DNA of 64,000 nucleotides from Eledone cirrhosa (GCA_964016885.1 OZ024751.1:27900001-27964000); one strand, 5' to 3'; positions 39,907-54,429 are shown, counted from the stretch's first letter. Notes: generated from the letters alone by a model not told the origin. A program made the numbers and translations.

Positions 39907-40032
39907 CACACCCGTACCAACATACGTGTATGTGCATAGCTATTATATAACTGTTACTAATCAACTAATCGAACTTAGATACTTATAAACATGAACAGCG
40001 TATTCACACGTGCACACACACAGACACACGCA

Positions 40033-40148
<116 letters not shown>

Positions 40149-40280
40149 TACACAATCACTCACACACACACAAACACACACACACACACACACATATATA
40201 ACCAGCAAGACACCAACATTTGGTCATGTACAAAAAGTTAACTTTACATTGGTTACGAAGTCAGAAACACCAAGTCACGT

Positions 40281-40311
<31 letters not shown>

Positions 40312-40377
40312 TGAATGAAGTAATTCCGTCGGAAAGGTACAGGAAAAAAGAGTGCTCTATGTAGGTTACAGAGCTTA

Positions 40378-40597
40378 TTAGTTATGTAATAAACAACATA
40401 AGATAATTATTTCATTTACCAGTGGTTTCTTGAAAGCAGATATTGTATCTGTTTTCAGTCGTCAGAATGAATAAAAAACACAATAAAAACGCCATGTTTT
40501 TTATTCATCCTAACGACTGAAAACAGATACAATATCTGCTTTCAAGAAACCACTGGTAAACGAAATAATTATCTTATGTTGTTTATTACATAACTAA
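40378..40597. mobile_element. Fold-back palindrome containing a hammerhead
   Basis: About 100-bp near-perfect arms; flanked by (TTTA)n tracts. Confidence 0.75.
40409..40473 (-). ncRNA. Type I hammerhead ribozyme motif
   Basis: ttcatt-CTGACGA-ctgaaaacagata caa tatctgctttcaa-GAAA-ccactgg-TA-aatgaa. The plus-strand mirror copy has CTAACGA. Confidence 0.7.
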
Positions 40598-41373
40598 ATA
40601 TTTATTTATTTATTTATTTATTTATTCATTTATTTAATTGTTCCATGCCAGTCAGCATGGCTGTGTGGTTAAGAAGTTCGTTTCGAAATCGTGAAGTTCC
40701 TGGTTCGATCTCACTAAATGACATCATAAGCCAGTGTGCTTTCTTTTTTCTTGACATAGTCTTCTGTCCACCCAATGCGGAAAATTGGCTTGAAGGTTGT
40801 ACCATTACCAGTACCAGTAATTGCATCCGTGCCAGATTCTGTGTTATGCTGGTCTACGGAATACTCAACCATTTACACTTTAATTCACCAGTTGGTCATT
40901 CAGTTCATCAAACAACTTAAAGTTCACCCCCCCCCCCCTCTCGCTCTCTCACACACACACGAAAACACAAACACATACACATATAGGCTGGCCGTAGCTG
41001 TGCACCACATACAAACATATAGAGACACTTATGGATGAATATACTTACAGATATGAAATGAATGTAAAAGACATGTCTAAAGTTTAAGTAAAAATTAAAA
41101 GAAAAAAATTGATATCATGGTTTATTTCAGAAGAGACAAATAGATAGATAGAGAAAGTTAGATAGATAGATAGATATCTTTCTTTATGATAGATAGATTT
41201 CTTTATTTGCCACAAGGGCGCACCAGAAAAGGAGACAATAACAGTTAGTTCACCATACCGAGAACATATATAAACATATAAATACATATATATATACACA
41301 TACATGTATACATACACACACACACACACGCATATATATATGTATACATACACACACACACATATATACACAC

Positions 41374-41410
<37 letters not shown>

Positions 41411-41415
41411 CACAC

Positions 41416-41446
<31 letters not shown>

Positions 41447-41606
41447 CATATATATATACATATAGTGTTTGTACGTGTATACATACACACCGAAAAAAGC
41501 CGATGCATTTGTTTCGTTTGTTCACCATTTCTGATTTTAACACGATAAACAGGTCTACCATATATCTATATATATGTATATCTATATATATGTATATGTA
41601 TATGTA

Positions 41607-41687
<81 letters not shown>

Positions 41688-41689
41688 GC

Positions 41690-42290
41690 CTGACGCGTGG
41701 TAAGCTTTTTTGTTAATTTCTATGCAAAAAACCGAAATAACTGTTTGAAAAAACATATAATTTTGAAAAAACATTAAAATCTGGTGGATCTTGGCTGGCA
41801 GAGCCAGAGACTGATATGATTCTTTAGATACGAAAGTCTATTAGACAAAGGTGGGCGGGTACTGATTTGGAGATTCTGATTCAAATGAGGCCGGAGAGAA
41901 TCTCCAAAATACCTGAAAAAGTCGTCATCGATGACAACAACAAAATAAACATTTCGGTGGAGGGTCGAAAACTTCATTGCTTTCGCTGTGGTAGCACAGC
42001 ACACCTAAAAGCCTCCTGTCCTTCACAAACACACCACAACAACACACTATTACCAACACCAGCACCAAAACAACCACCACCACAAGTACAACAACAGACG
42101 AAACGAGCAAACACCAAAACAAACAGCCACTCAACCAACAACAACAGAAAAAACACAGACAACACCCCAGAAGAACACAGCCCCACCCCATCCCACCCAT
42201 CCCATTCAAACACTACCACAAACACACACACACTGAAACACCACCACCACACAACATACCCCTACCCCACACTCCTGACGATGATTAAGT
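41690..42290 (+). mobile_element. Tx1/L1-type LINE ORF1 remnant with CCHC zinc knuckle
   Basis: VEGRKLHCFRCGSTAHLKASCP (C-x2-C-x4-H-x4-C). Confidence 0.65.
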
Positions 42291-42414
42291 GCTGGGCCAG
42301 AGAGCACTTGCTGGGTGAGAGTCTTTCACATGACTTCCAGTCTCTTTTTCACCGTTATTCGACCTATTTAGGTTCGACATTTAAACACTCATATCGAGGA
42401 TTGGTGAATGTATA

Positions 42415-42858
42415 ATAACCAATCATAACCAATCATAACCAATCATAACCAATCATAACCAATCATAACCACCGGTGGTTTCATCACCCCCGGCGGTTTC
42501 ATCACCCCCGGTGGTTTCATCACCCCCGGCGGTTTCATCACCCCCGGTGGTTTCATCACCCCCGGTGGTTTCATCACCCCCGGCGGTTTCATCACCCCCG
42601 GTGGTTTCATCACCCCCGGCGGTTTCATCACCCCCGGTGGTTTCATCACCCCCGGTGGTTTCATCACCCCCGGTGGTTTCATCACCCCCGGCGGTTTCAT
42701 CACCCCCGGTGGTTTCATCACCCCCGGTGGTTTCATCACCCCCGGTGGTTTCATCACACCGGTGATTTCATCACCACCGGTGGTTTCATCACCCCCGGTG
42801 GTTTCATCACCCCCGGTGGTTTCATCACGCCCGGCGGTTTCATCACCCCCGGTGGTTT
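42415..42858. repeat. (CCAATCATAA)n followed by an 18-bp GC-rich minisatellite, about 21 copies
   Basis: Unit ccggtggtttcatcaccc; explains the MKPPGV ORF. Confidence 0.95.
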
Positions 42859-43004
42859 TAGCGTGGTACCATCACGCTGTAGGCGAACATAAATAAATAA
42901 ACAAATAAATAAATAAAAACATAAAAATATAAACATAAGTTTCATTGTAATGTTTGAATGTCTGACTTAATTAAATTTTTTAATTTTTTTTTGTCATTAT
43001 TATT

Positions 43005-43200
43005 GGTGGATTGGCAGTATCGGTAGAGAGTCGGACACCATGCTTTGAAACATAGAGTTACGTCCCTTTATGATCTGAGTTCAAATCCCGCCGAGGTTAA
43101 CTTTGCCTTTCATCCTTACGGGGTCGATAAAATAAAGTACCAGTAATGCACTGGGTAATTGCTGGCCTTGTGCCTAAAGTAGAAACAATTATTATTATTA
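43005..43200 (+). mobile_element. SINE family A, young copy
   Basis: Nearly identical to 22045-22240 and 60293-60485. Confidence 0.85.
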
Positions 43201-43734
43201 TTTTGATGATTTCTGAGAATGGTTATAGACGAAACTGATTGCATGTTGGCAGCACACACAGGTTGGTAAGGAGTAACAACAGCAGTAGCAGTAGCAGCAT
43301 CATCATCAGTAGCAGCAGTATTAATAACAGCAGCAGCAGCAGCAACATTAATAGCAGGAGCATCACAAACAGCAGCAACAGTAGTAGTGGCAGTAACACC
43401 AGTATTAGCAGCATCAGCATCAGTAGCAACAGTAACTGGGTTGTTGATTCAACTCCTGCTCCCAAAGACCTATGATCAGATGAATTCCAGCTGTGACCAT
43501 CCCATCGGTTATTCAGACAGACATATGTGTATCGAAGATCATATTGTCAAATGTACGCCCTCTCTTTTTTAAAACCCTTTTACAGTGTTATTTGAGGGGA
43601 TTAGGCTGGTGTTTCTAGTTTTGCTGGTCAATAGACCATCTAGATGATGCTTCGTTGGTTTGTGTTGGTTAGTATTGTGGTTGCGGTTGTTTAACCTCCT
43701 GCCAACATCACCTTGGTCGCCATCATTGTGGTCA

Positions 43735-44885
43735 TCACCACCAGTACCACCACCACCACAAAAACCACCACCACCACCACCACCACCACCACCACCACCA
43801 CCACCAGTAACACCACCACCACCACCACCAGTAACACCACCACCACCAGTAACACCACCACCACCACCACCACCACCACCACCACCATCATCACCACCAC
43901 CACCACCACCACCACCACCACCATAACCACCACCACCACCACCACCACCACCATCATCACCACCACCACCACCACCACCACCACCACCACCACCACCACC
44001 ACCACCACCACCACCACCACCAGTAACACCACCACCACCACCACCAGTAACACCACCACCACCACCACCACCACCACCATCATCACCACCACCACCACCA
44101 CCACCAGTAACACCACCACCACCACCACCAGTAACACCACCACCACCACCACCACCATCATCACCACCACCACCACCACCACCAGTAACACCACCACCAC
44201 CACCACCAGTAACACCACCACCACCACCACCACCATCATCACCACCACCACCACCACCACCAGTAACACCACCACCACCACCACCAGTAACACCACCACC
44301 ACCACCACCACCATCATCACCACCACCACCACCACCACCAGTAACACCACCACCACCACCACCAGTAACACCACCACCACCACCACCACCATCATCACCA
44401 CCACCACCACCACCACCAGTAACACCACCACCACCACCACCAGTAACACCACCACCACCACCACCACCATCACCACCACCACCACCACCACCACCAGTAA
44501 CACCACCACCACCACCACCAGTAACACCACCACCACCACCACCACCATCACCACCACCACCACCACCACCACCAGTAACACCACCACCACCACCACCAGT
44601 AACACCACCACCACCACCGCCACCACCCCTCACTATCAGCAAGTACAAATATATTCAGGTTTATTCCAGTTGAATTTGTACGTTGTTGGTCAAGTCGAGA
44701 CACGTTTTACTGTAGGTTCTGTTGGTGGTAGTAGCAGTGGTGGTAGTAGCAGTGGTGGTAGTGGTAGTGGTGGTGGTGGTAGTGGTGGTGGTGGTAGTGG
44801 TGGTGGTGGTGGTAGTGGTAGTGGTGGTAGTGGTGGTGGTGGTAGTGGTGGTAGTGGTAGTAGTAGTGGTGGTGGTGGTAGGGGT
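43735..44885. repeat. (CCA)n with higher-order structure, followed by (GGT)n
   Basis: Periodic gtaaca/tcatca interruptions from 43735 to 44625; complementary tract 44724-44885. Confidence 0.92.
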
Positions 44886-45035
44886 GGTGTTTGATGCTGC
44901 TTGTTGGTAAAAAATAACTCGAAATTAAGGGAGGGGTGACAAAACACATTACAGACGCACTCACACACAACCCCTCCCTCACACAAAAAAAGCACGCATG
45001 CAAGTGTATATATATATACATACATACATATATAT

Positions 45036-45063
<28 letters not shown>

Positions 45064-45067
<4 letters not shown>

Positions 45068-45449
45068 GAATAAAATTAATCCTTCATCAGTGATCTTCCA
45101 ACCTTCATTGGTATTTCTTCGCTTTAAAGATCATATACCTCTGGTTGGTGCGAGCAATAACTAAAGAAAGTTATTGGGACACGTAAAATAGGGTGAAGCG
45201 AACGAGACATGTAAACAAACAAAGATGGTATTGCAACGGAAAGATAGGAAGAGGAGAAACAAGTCCGTGATATCTGTGAACTTAAGTTCGGTGAAATCAT
45301 AGACGAGGAGAGATACAGACCTTATTTTACGTGTCCCAATAACTTTCTTTAGTTATTGCTCGCACCAACCAGAGGTATATGATCTTTAAAGCGATGAAAT
45401 ACCAATGAAGGTTGGAAGATCACTGATGAAGGATTAATTTTATTCATAT
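45064..45449. mobile_element. Fold-back element with ~128-bp arms next to (TA)n
   Basis: Arms 45064-45191 and about 45320-45449 are near-perfect complements. Confidence 0.75.
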
Positions 45450-45691
45450 GTAACCCATGTGCAACCACGCAGCACTCCATTTTTCATATATTTATATTTT
45501 TTCCTCCGTTGCGACCTGTCTGTTTCTTTCTTACTGCTTCCCCTTTCTCTGTATCTCTCACCTTCTTTTTACCCCCTCCGCCAGTCACTCTCTCTCCGCT
45601 GATTTTTCGTTTTCTATTCTATCAAACTCTGCTCTGTAAGAGCATAGAATGCTCAACCGGCATACCGCCTATGGAAGCATCTTAGCTACCA

Positions 45692-45733
<42 letters not shown>

Positions 45734-45734
45734 A

Positions 45735-45803
<69 letters not shown>

Positions 45804-45909
45804 TATATATATATATATTCTACCTGGAGTTGCGACAGATAGATAGCTTTAGCAATTGGAAAGACCAACGGAAACATTGTTTCGTCGGTCCGATTTGACG
45901 AAAGTCGAT

Positions 45910-46025
<116 letters not shown>

Positions 46026-46801
46026 CGTAAAGCAGTAAAAGAAATGTCCGGTAATTCGCATGAGAAATCCAAATAGAATCTGAGGTCGTGTTTGGCGCCG
46101 AAGTAAGCTTAACGATAACACACTAATGAATTGTTAGGAGACATTAGGTAAGTATTGTTGAAGATAAGTTGGAACAGCGCCATGTTAACCACATAACGTA
46201 CTTCAAATACGGTGATGAGTGAACTACAACTGCACTAGCCAACCTCAAGTGGATTCTAAAAGAGCTCAACGCAGACTAAAATATTCAATGATTAGAGATT
46301 TAAATTCTTTAAAAAAAATTCTATTCAAACTGTTTTGTAAAATTTTATCAATTTTATTTTCAGAAATACTCTTTAAATATTTATCTAAAAATTTTATTTA
46401 AAGTTTTTGAAATATTTTTCAAAAATGTTTCTCAAAATTTTTGAATTGTTACCCTCAAAATTAAAAAGAATAAAATTTCTTTAAAATTACTAAAAAAATC
46501 TCCAGAATTTTTCTGAAAATTTTCTCAAATATTCTCCTAATATTTTCCTAAAACTCTCCGCATAGTTTCATAATTTTTTTCTGAAAAGTTTTGAAAATTT
46601 TTCCTTAAAATGAGGAAAATTTTGAGGAAAATTTTAAGAGAATTTTTGCAAAAAAAAAAAAAAAAAGTAAAAATGAATAAAAATAAGGGAAAATTGCTAA
46701 AAAAGTGTTTGGGAAACATTTTCAAAAAACGTTGAGGATAAATTTTCAAAATATGTTGAACAAAATTTAAAGAAACTTAAACTTAAAACAAACCATAATC
46801 A

Positions 46802-46877
46802 TAACCCTAACCCTAACCCTAACCCTAACCCTAACCCTAACCCTAACCCTAATCCTAGCCCTAACCCTAACCCTAAC
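46802..46877 (-). repeat. Interstitial telomeric repeat (TTAGGG)n, about 12 units
   Basis: Tandem taaccc. Confidence 0.9.
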
Positions 46878-47158
46878 ACAAACCGTAATCCCAACGACAT
46901 GCGTATATGTGAACATATATGCATGTTAGTGCATATATGGGAGTATATGTATGTGTATAAGTGGGTGAATATGTGTATATATGTATGAACGTATGTGTAT
47001 GCTTGTGTGTTTAAGTGTATGTGTGGGGGTTAGAGAGTTGTTGGTGGTGGTGGTGTATCCACCTCGGTAACAGCAGCCTGTTATATATAACAGCTACACC
47101 CAGAATATATGTATGCATGTATATATGTATGTATTTATGTTTGTATGTATGCATGTAC

Positions 47159-47261
<103 letters not shown>

Positions 47262-47687
47262 TGTGTGTCTAAATAAATGTATATATATATATGTGTGTGC
47301 ATGTCATCAGTATTGAAGTAAGACTGTCTCTATCTAGTATGCCATTGTTTAACAATCTGTTACACAAGACACACCCAAACAGTGATTATTTGATCAGTAT
47401 GTCACGTGATTTCTTTGGCATGTCTCGTATTTGACGTTTTCTGGTCATCGCTTCTTTAAAAATTGAAACGAAACTGAACGAGTGGAGCCGAGTATGTATG
47501 TATGTATGTATGTATGTATGTATGTATGTATGTATGTATGTATGTATGTATGTATGTATGTATGTATGTATGTATGCAATTATGTATGCATGCAAGTATG
47601 TATGTATGTATGCAAATATGTATGTATGTATGTATGCATATATATAGGTATATATGTGTGAGTATATATATATAATATACATATATG

Positions 47688-47764
<77 letters not shown>

Positions 47765-47775
47765 ATATATATATA

Positions 47776-47877
<102 letters not shown>

Positions 47878-47945
47878 GATGTATGTATATACATATATAT
47901 GTAAATATATATGTATAATATACATATATATGTGTGCGTATGTTA

Positions 47946-48029
<84 letters not shown>

Positions 48030-48247
48030 ATATACATACATATATATATATACTTACATATATATATACATACATATATATATATATATATATATTATAT
48101 TGTTAGCATAGAAGTACGTGTTGTTGAATATATTTCAAGTTTAATTGTCAAACAACAGAAAGACGTGTTTTCCCTGGTTACTGTCAACAGCTTGCAGGAT
48201 GATTCTTCCCCTCACAAAATGTTACACCGCAGCCATGTTTTATAAAT

Positions 48248-48364
<117 letters not shown>

Positions 48365-48775
48365 CATATATATATATATATTTATATATACATATATATA
48401 CATACATATATATAAGTGTACATTGGCATATATATATATATAAATATATATATATATACATATAGGCATAATAGCTATATAGACATATATATATATAAAA
48501 ACGTGTGTTTCTGTTTTTTGTTAGTGAACAATGTGTACTGAAAGCGAGATATTCTCACGACATATATAAGACAACAATGACAAAACTATTACTACAACAG
48601 CAACAACAATATTATTACGCTACTACAATAAGTAGTAATAACTCCTGTGAAAATATCCTCATTTTATTTTTTCACGGTAACTCATTTCCATTTTTGTCAG
48701 CAGTTGGACAAGAAAAAACCACGCACGAAAAATGAAAAGATTGTAATTAGAAAATAGAGAAAACAAATATACTAC

Positions 48776-48813
<38 letters not shown>

Positions 48814-48829
48814 ATACATAATTACATAA

Positions 48830-49620
48830 ACGGAGAAAGCTAATAGCGATACTCCGACCAATTTCCAACTCACTCAACAAACATTAGGAAATACCGGAGT
48901 ATATTCCCAATTAAACGTTTGGGGTGCTAACTATATTGTATTGTGTGGATAATTGGCTGTATTATTTTATATGAGATATATTAAAGAGCTCATTCCCCAA
49001 ACGATCGTTTCATTATAAGATTTCTACACGGTGGGTGAAATTATACCAAGTTATGTAGAAGCTTGTGTAAGATCGATGGATTCTTATGCAAGTGGTCCCT
49101 TATAAATCTTCAGTGGGTGCCCAATAATATTAATATTAATAACTAAATCAACATCAATATTTAGCGATAATCATCATCAGTGCTAGAAGGAGCTGTTAAG
49201 TTGTAAGTCCAGCAATTCTAAAGAAAATCTCACACTGTCCCCAAAATGGGAGGAGGAGGAGGCTACCGTGAATAAATAATATACACACAGGTCATTGAAC
49301 TCTGACACGAATTCAAGCCACATGCGAAGGACTCAATTGGATATGAAAAAATAAATATATGTGTGCTGTTTAAGGACACATAGAGATATTTTCTCAGGCA
49401 AAATAACAGATATGAGATATAGGAATAAACAATCAATATTCATATAAAAAAATAAACAAAGAGAGTTATATCTTATATTGGGAAAGTTCATGTCTGGTGG
49501 GTGATCCAAGAGTATATACATAATTACATAAACAGGGAAAGCTAATAGCGATACTCCGACCAATTTCCAACTCACTCAACAAACATTAGGAAATACCGGA
49601 GTATATTCCTAATTAAACGT
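48830..49620 (+). mobile_element. Dispersed repeat bounded by an ~85-bp direct repeat
   Basis: gaaagctaatagcgatactccgacc...aattaaacgtt at about 48835 and 49537. Confidence 0.7.
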
Positions 49621-49796
49621 TCGTATATATATACATATATATTTATATATACATATATATTTATATATACATGTGTATATACATTCACATATATACATGT
49701 ATATATATATGTGTGTATATGTGTGTGTGTATATATATATGTATAATATATATATACATGTAAATATATATATAGATACACATGTATATATATATA

Positions 49797-49902
<106 letters not shown>

Positions 49903-49975
49903 ATAGTAGAACACTGGAGGGTTATATCCGTAGTAGGAGAGCACTCAGTCCTTGGGATAGATAGATAGATAAATA

Positions 49976-50305
49976 GATTTCTTTATTAGCCACAAGGGCG
50001 CACAAGAAAAGGGGACAATACAAAGACATGCCGGGGATTTTACATACAGTCGTGTAAAAAACAAACAATTACAACAATCGAAATCCCCAATAGAGGGGAG
50101 GGGCCACAAATGGGCTGTTTAATACCCCGTCGATAGAACAACCCTCAACTCCAGGAGCGTGTTGTGAAAGTGGTCCTTTATTCCTTTTGTTCTCTTCTTC
50201 AACCCACAGGCTTATAAACAGAGAAGGCCCAATCACTCGGGCCATTTACAGTAAATTTACTGGGGTGCAGTGCCTCTCTCTCCACCCTGATTCTCCTTCT
50301 AAAGT
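49976..50305 (-). mobile_element. Tx1/L1-type LINE 3' end
   Basis: Remnant HFRRRIRVEREAL; 3'UTR ends cccttgtggctaataaagaaatc followed by (ATCT)n. Similar ends at about 41195-41240 and 38675-38720. Confidence 0.55.
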
Positions 50306-50826
50306 GATAGATAGATAGACAGGTAAATAGACAGGTAGATAGATAGGTAAATAGACAGGTAGATAGATAGGTAGATAGATAGGTAAATAGACAGGTAGAT
50401 AGATAGGTAAATAGACAGGTAGATGGATAGGTAGATGGATAGGTAGATAGGTAGATAGATAGGTAAATAGACAGGTAGATAGATAGGTAAATAGACAGGT
50501 AGATGGATAGGTAGATGGATAGGTAGATAGGTAGATAGATAGGTAAATAGACAGGTAGATAGATAGGTAGATGGATAGGTAGATAGGTAGATAGATAGGT
50601 AAATAGACAGGTAGATAGATAGGTAAATAGACAGGTAGATGGATAGGTAGATGGATAGGTAGATAGGTAGATAGATAGGTAAATAGACAGGTAGATAGAT
50701 AGGTAGATGGATAGGTAGATAGGTAGATAGATAGGTAAATAGACAGGTAGATAGATAGGTAGATGGATAGGTAGATAGGTAGATAGATAGGTAAATAGGT
50801 AGATAGGTAGATAGATAGATGGATAG
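50306..50826. repeat. Compound (GATA/GGTA)n satellite
   Basis: Direct inspection. Confidence 0.9.
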
Positions 50827-50844
50827 ATGTGTGTGTGTACTTCT

Positions 50845-51073
50845 TGCAGTCGCCCACTTGTATACATAGATGAAATCATATCCGCTCTCTTGCTCTGGAA
50901 CCCTGACTCCAGCCTGACTAGGAGTAGGAGGCTGTCATTCCCTGACGTTATCTCTAGGGATACGGGGAATCAGCAGACAGGACCTGGGGGCAGCGATGGG
51001 GGACAGGGAATTCTGGGGCATGAGAGTGAGATCCATCATCTCGACAGTAGTCGACGAGTGATGATGATGATGA
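50845..51073 (+). mobile_element. RTE LINE 3' fragment with (GAT)n tail
   Basis: LLLWNP...RRLSFPDVISRDTG followed by (GAT)n. Confidence 0.6.
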
Positions 51074-51473
51074 TACATAGATACTCAAACACGCACACGC
51101 ACACACACACACAAACACACAAACACACACACACACACAGACATATGTATATGTATATATATATACATAGGGACATATAGATATGTATGTATGTACGTAT
51201 TTAATGGCACATACACACACACAGATACACAACCATACACACATATCAGAAAAGGTCAGATTTGGGAAGAAAATCGCGATTCTTTTCTTTGTATAACAGA
51301 AAAAACATTTTTTAAAACCATTGAAACTCCGCTTAAATTGAATCATTCGGACGACTGCAAAAACACACGCATCTCTCTCTCTCCTCTCTCTCATCTCTCC
51401 CCCCCTCTCTCTCCTCTCTCTCTCCCTCTCCTCTCTCTCTCGGTTTTTTACTTTTATATATATATGTATATAA

Positions 51474-51525
<52 letters not shown>

Positions 51526-51530
<5 letters not shown>

Positions 51531-51722
51531 AACGAGTAGGACCCCGACGGCTGAGCTCAAGCCGTTTCGACGGCTAATTCTGGACAGTCCAGAAGTAGCC
51601 GTCGAAACGGCTTGAGCTCAGCCGTCGGGGTCCTACTCGTTCCTATTACCCACTCTACTACCCTAAGTATTGAGTACTTTGGTGCGTTATGGTCCACCTG
51701 GTTCCTTACCACATTTCCTTCG

Positions 51723-51724
<2 letters not shown>
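51526..51724 (+). mobile_element. Fold-back palindrome with the 3' half of a hammerhead, plus tail, in (TA)n
   Basis: Near-perfect inverted repeat 51526-51646; right arm GAAA-cggct tgagctc agccg-TC-ggggtc; tail TGAGTAC at 51671. Confidence 0.75.
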
Positions 51725-51764
<40 letters not shown>

Positions 51765-51812
51765 TAATTCAAAATATTAATAAATGTAGACATACATGTA
51801 ATCAAAATATAT

Positions 51813-51876
51813 TTTTTATTATATATATTTCGGAGGTACTGTGCTGTTTTTTCAGTACGTCCTCATCAGATAAAAT
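51813..51876 (-). ncRNA. Type I hammerhead ribozyme motif
   Basis: ttttat-CTGATGA-ggacgtactg...cagtacctcc-GAAA-tatata-TA-ataaaa. Confidence 0.8.
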
Positions 51877-51923
51877 ATATACATTTAATATATATATATA
51901 TATGTGTGTGTGTATATATATAT

Positions 51924-52023
51924 ACGTGGAAAAGTAAGAAATTGGAGAACAGACCGTTAATACATGTTTATTTAAATAAACATGTATTAACGGTCTGTTC
52001 TCTGATTTCTTACTTTTCCACGT
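51924..52023. repeat. Near-perfect 100-bp palindrome next to (TA)n
   Basis: acgtggaaaagtaagaaat...tattt|aaata...atttcttacttttccacgt. Confidence 0.85.
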
Positions 52024-52174
52024 GCTTCCGCTCTGCTAATTCTCTCGCCCACTAGATATTAACACTTCTAATATTTAATACTGCCGGCACTAGTATCGAG
52101 CACCTTCTGCATACGATATTTGGCAAATAACTACATGTATCACCTATCCTTCCTTTTCTCTCTCTCTCGATACG

Positions 52175-52292
<118 letters not shown>

Positions 52293-52861
52293 TTGTGTTA
52301 TATGATGTTGACTAAATGGGTTTGTGTTTGTATCAGTCCAGCGCACCTAAAACTCCGCCCAGACTTCTTTTTCTTGCTTCGCCTTCTTTTTCTTGCTTCC
52401 TTATTGTTTTACTTCTAGATATTTTGTATTGCACTAAATTATGTTTTATAAATCGTCCCTCCACCCCTTAAAAAAAGACCCCCCCCCCCCTCGCAAAAAA
52501 AAAATCAAACTAGTATTTGCATTGCATATATACCTCTCCTTTTAGTGAAGTCAATAAAACTGATTATGTAACTAAAAAGCAAGCTAGAGTAATCAAGATC
52601 AAGCTGTCAACGTCATATTTATCTTTCCAATTCCAATGTGATGTTATAATAATAATAGAAAATACGAAGGGTGGGTTTCCATAATTCGTTTTATTATTCA
52701 TTTTGCTGTAATACGTATATCTGTAGTGTTTTTATTTGGTACGTAATGCTAACATTACGCAATTATCGAAGCGAATTTTAGGTCATATTTGTATTATGTA
52801 ATATATTCCTTATATAACACCCTCTACAGATTAAGAGAAGGAGTTATTTTTTTATGCTGCC

Positions 52862-52902
<41 letters not shown>

Positions 52903-52905
52903 AGA

Positions 52906-52953
52906 CTTGTTAATCTAGAGTTTCGCCTGTTTATCACAGGGTCATCAAACAGG
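52906..52953 (-). ncRNA. Degenerate hammerhead motif between (TA)n tracts
   Basis: cctgt-TTGATGA-ccctg tgataaa caggc-GAAA-ctctagat-TA-acaag. Confidence 0.5.
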
Positions 52954-52958
52954 ATATA

Positions 52959-53059
<101 letters not shown>

Positions 53060-53106
53060 ACAGATACACACACATACACAGTATACATATAAATATATAT
53101 ATATAC

Positions 53107-53255
<149 letters not shown>

Positions 53256-53388
53256 CACACACATATATATATACACACACACATATATACATATATATAT
53301 CTATATATATGTTTACACTACTATTACTGTTCTTCACACATACATTCACACACAAAGGGACAGCTTTAATCTGGAGATGTTTACTGGG

Positions 53389-53509
<121 letters not shown>

Positions 53510-53643
53510 TGACGTGGTGTGGTCGTGGGTGGGGCTTGCCGCTGCATTAAGAAAAGCAGCTGTTAATTCCAGGTAAAGTTTCCCACACACCTGACTGTTT
53601 TTTTTTTCCAAAAACATTATTATCATTATTATTATTATTGTTA

Positions 53644-53681
<38 letters not shown>

Positions 53682-54083
53682 GTTATTGTTATTATTATTA
53701 TTATTTAGCTGCAGCCTGTATTCTGTGGTACAATTCCTTATTAAATATATTTGTATATTTCCTCATACACCCACACACACCCACACACAGACACACAAAC
53801 ACTTACACACATACAAACACACGGATGGAGGGAGAGAGGGGGAGAGAGAAAAAGTATAAATATAAATATATATAAAGAAAGGAAAGCCAAGAAAGGAACA
53901 GAAATAAACAAAAATAAAAGAACAAAACACACAAAACAAAACAATGAAGCAACACAGCTGATGCTAAAAAACAAAAACATATAATCTATTGTTCAAACAT
54001 ACAACATCCTTATATTTCTATATTTCTTATATATATATATATATATATATAAATATACATATATATGTGTATATATATAAATA

Positions 54084-54132
<49 letters not shown>

Positions 54133-54429
54133 ATATATATATATATGTGTGTGTGTATATATATATATACACACATTTGACGTAATGACGATTGGGGAAG
54201 AAGAAGACGGAATGAGTGGGAGTGACTTGTGAAAATTCTTTTTTTGTAGCCACGTTTTTTTTTACGGTTTAAAATGAATATTGGGCACACATCCTCAATA
54301 ACTGGTTATTTAACTCCGAAGGGCCAAATAACGGGCAGAAAGACCCCTCTCACGAGAAGGAGGGTGTCTTTATCTACAATTTGGTTCAAGTTTTAAACAA
54401 TTTACAATTGTTATAACGGTTAAAAATTG

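Noticed and set aside
42443-42858. (MKPPGV)n ORF and regularly spaced repeat
   Set aside because: An 18-bp minisatellite, open only because the unit lacks stops; no splice context.
43569-44894. Gly-rich, Thr-rich or extensin-like long ORFs
   Set aside because: A (CCA)n array open in several frames on both strands.
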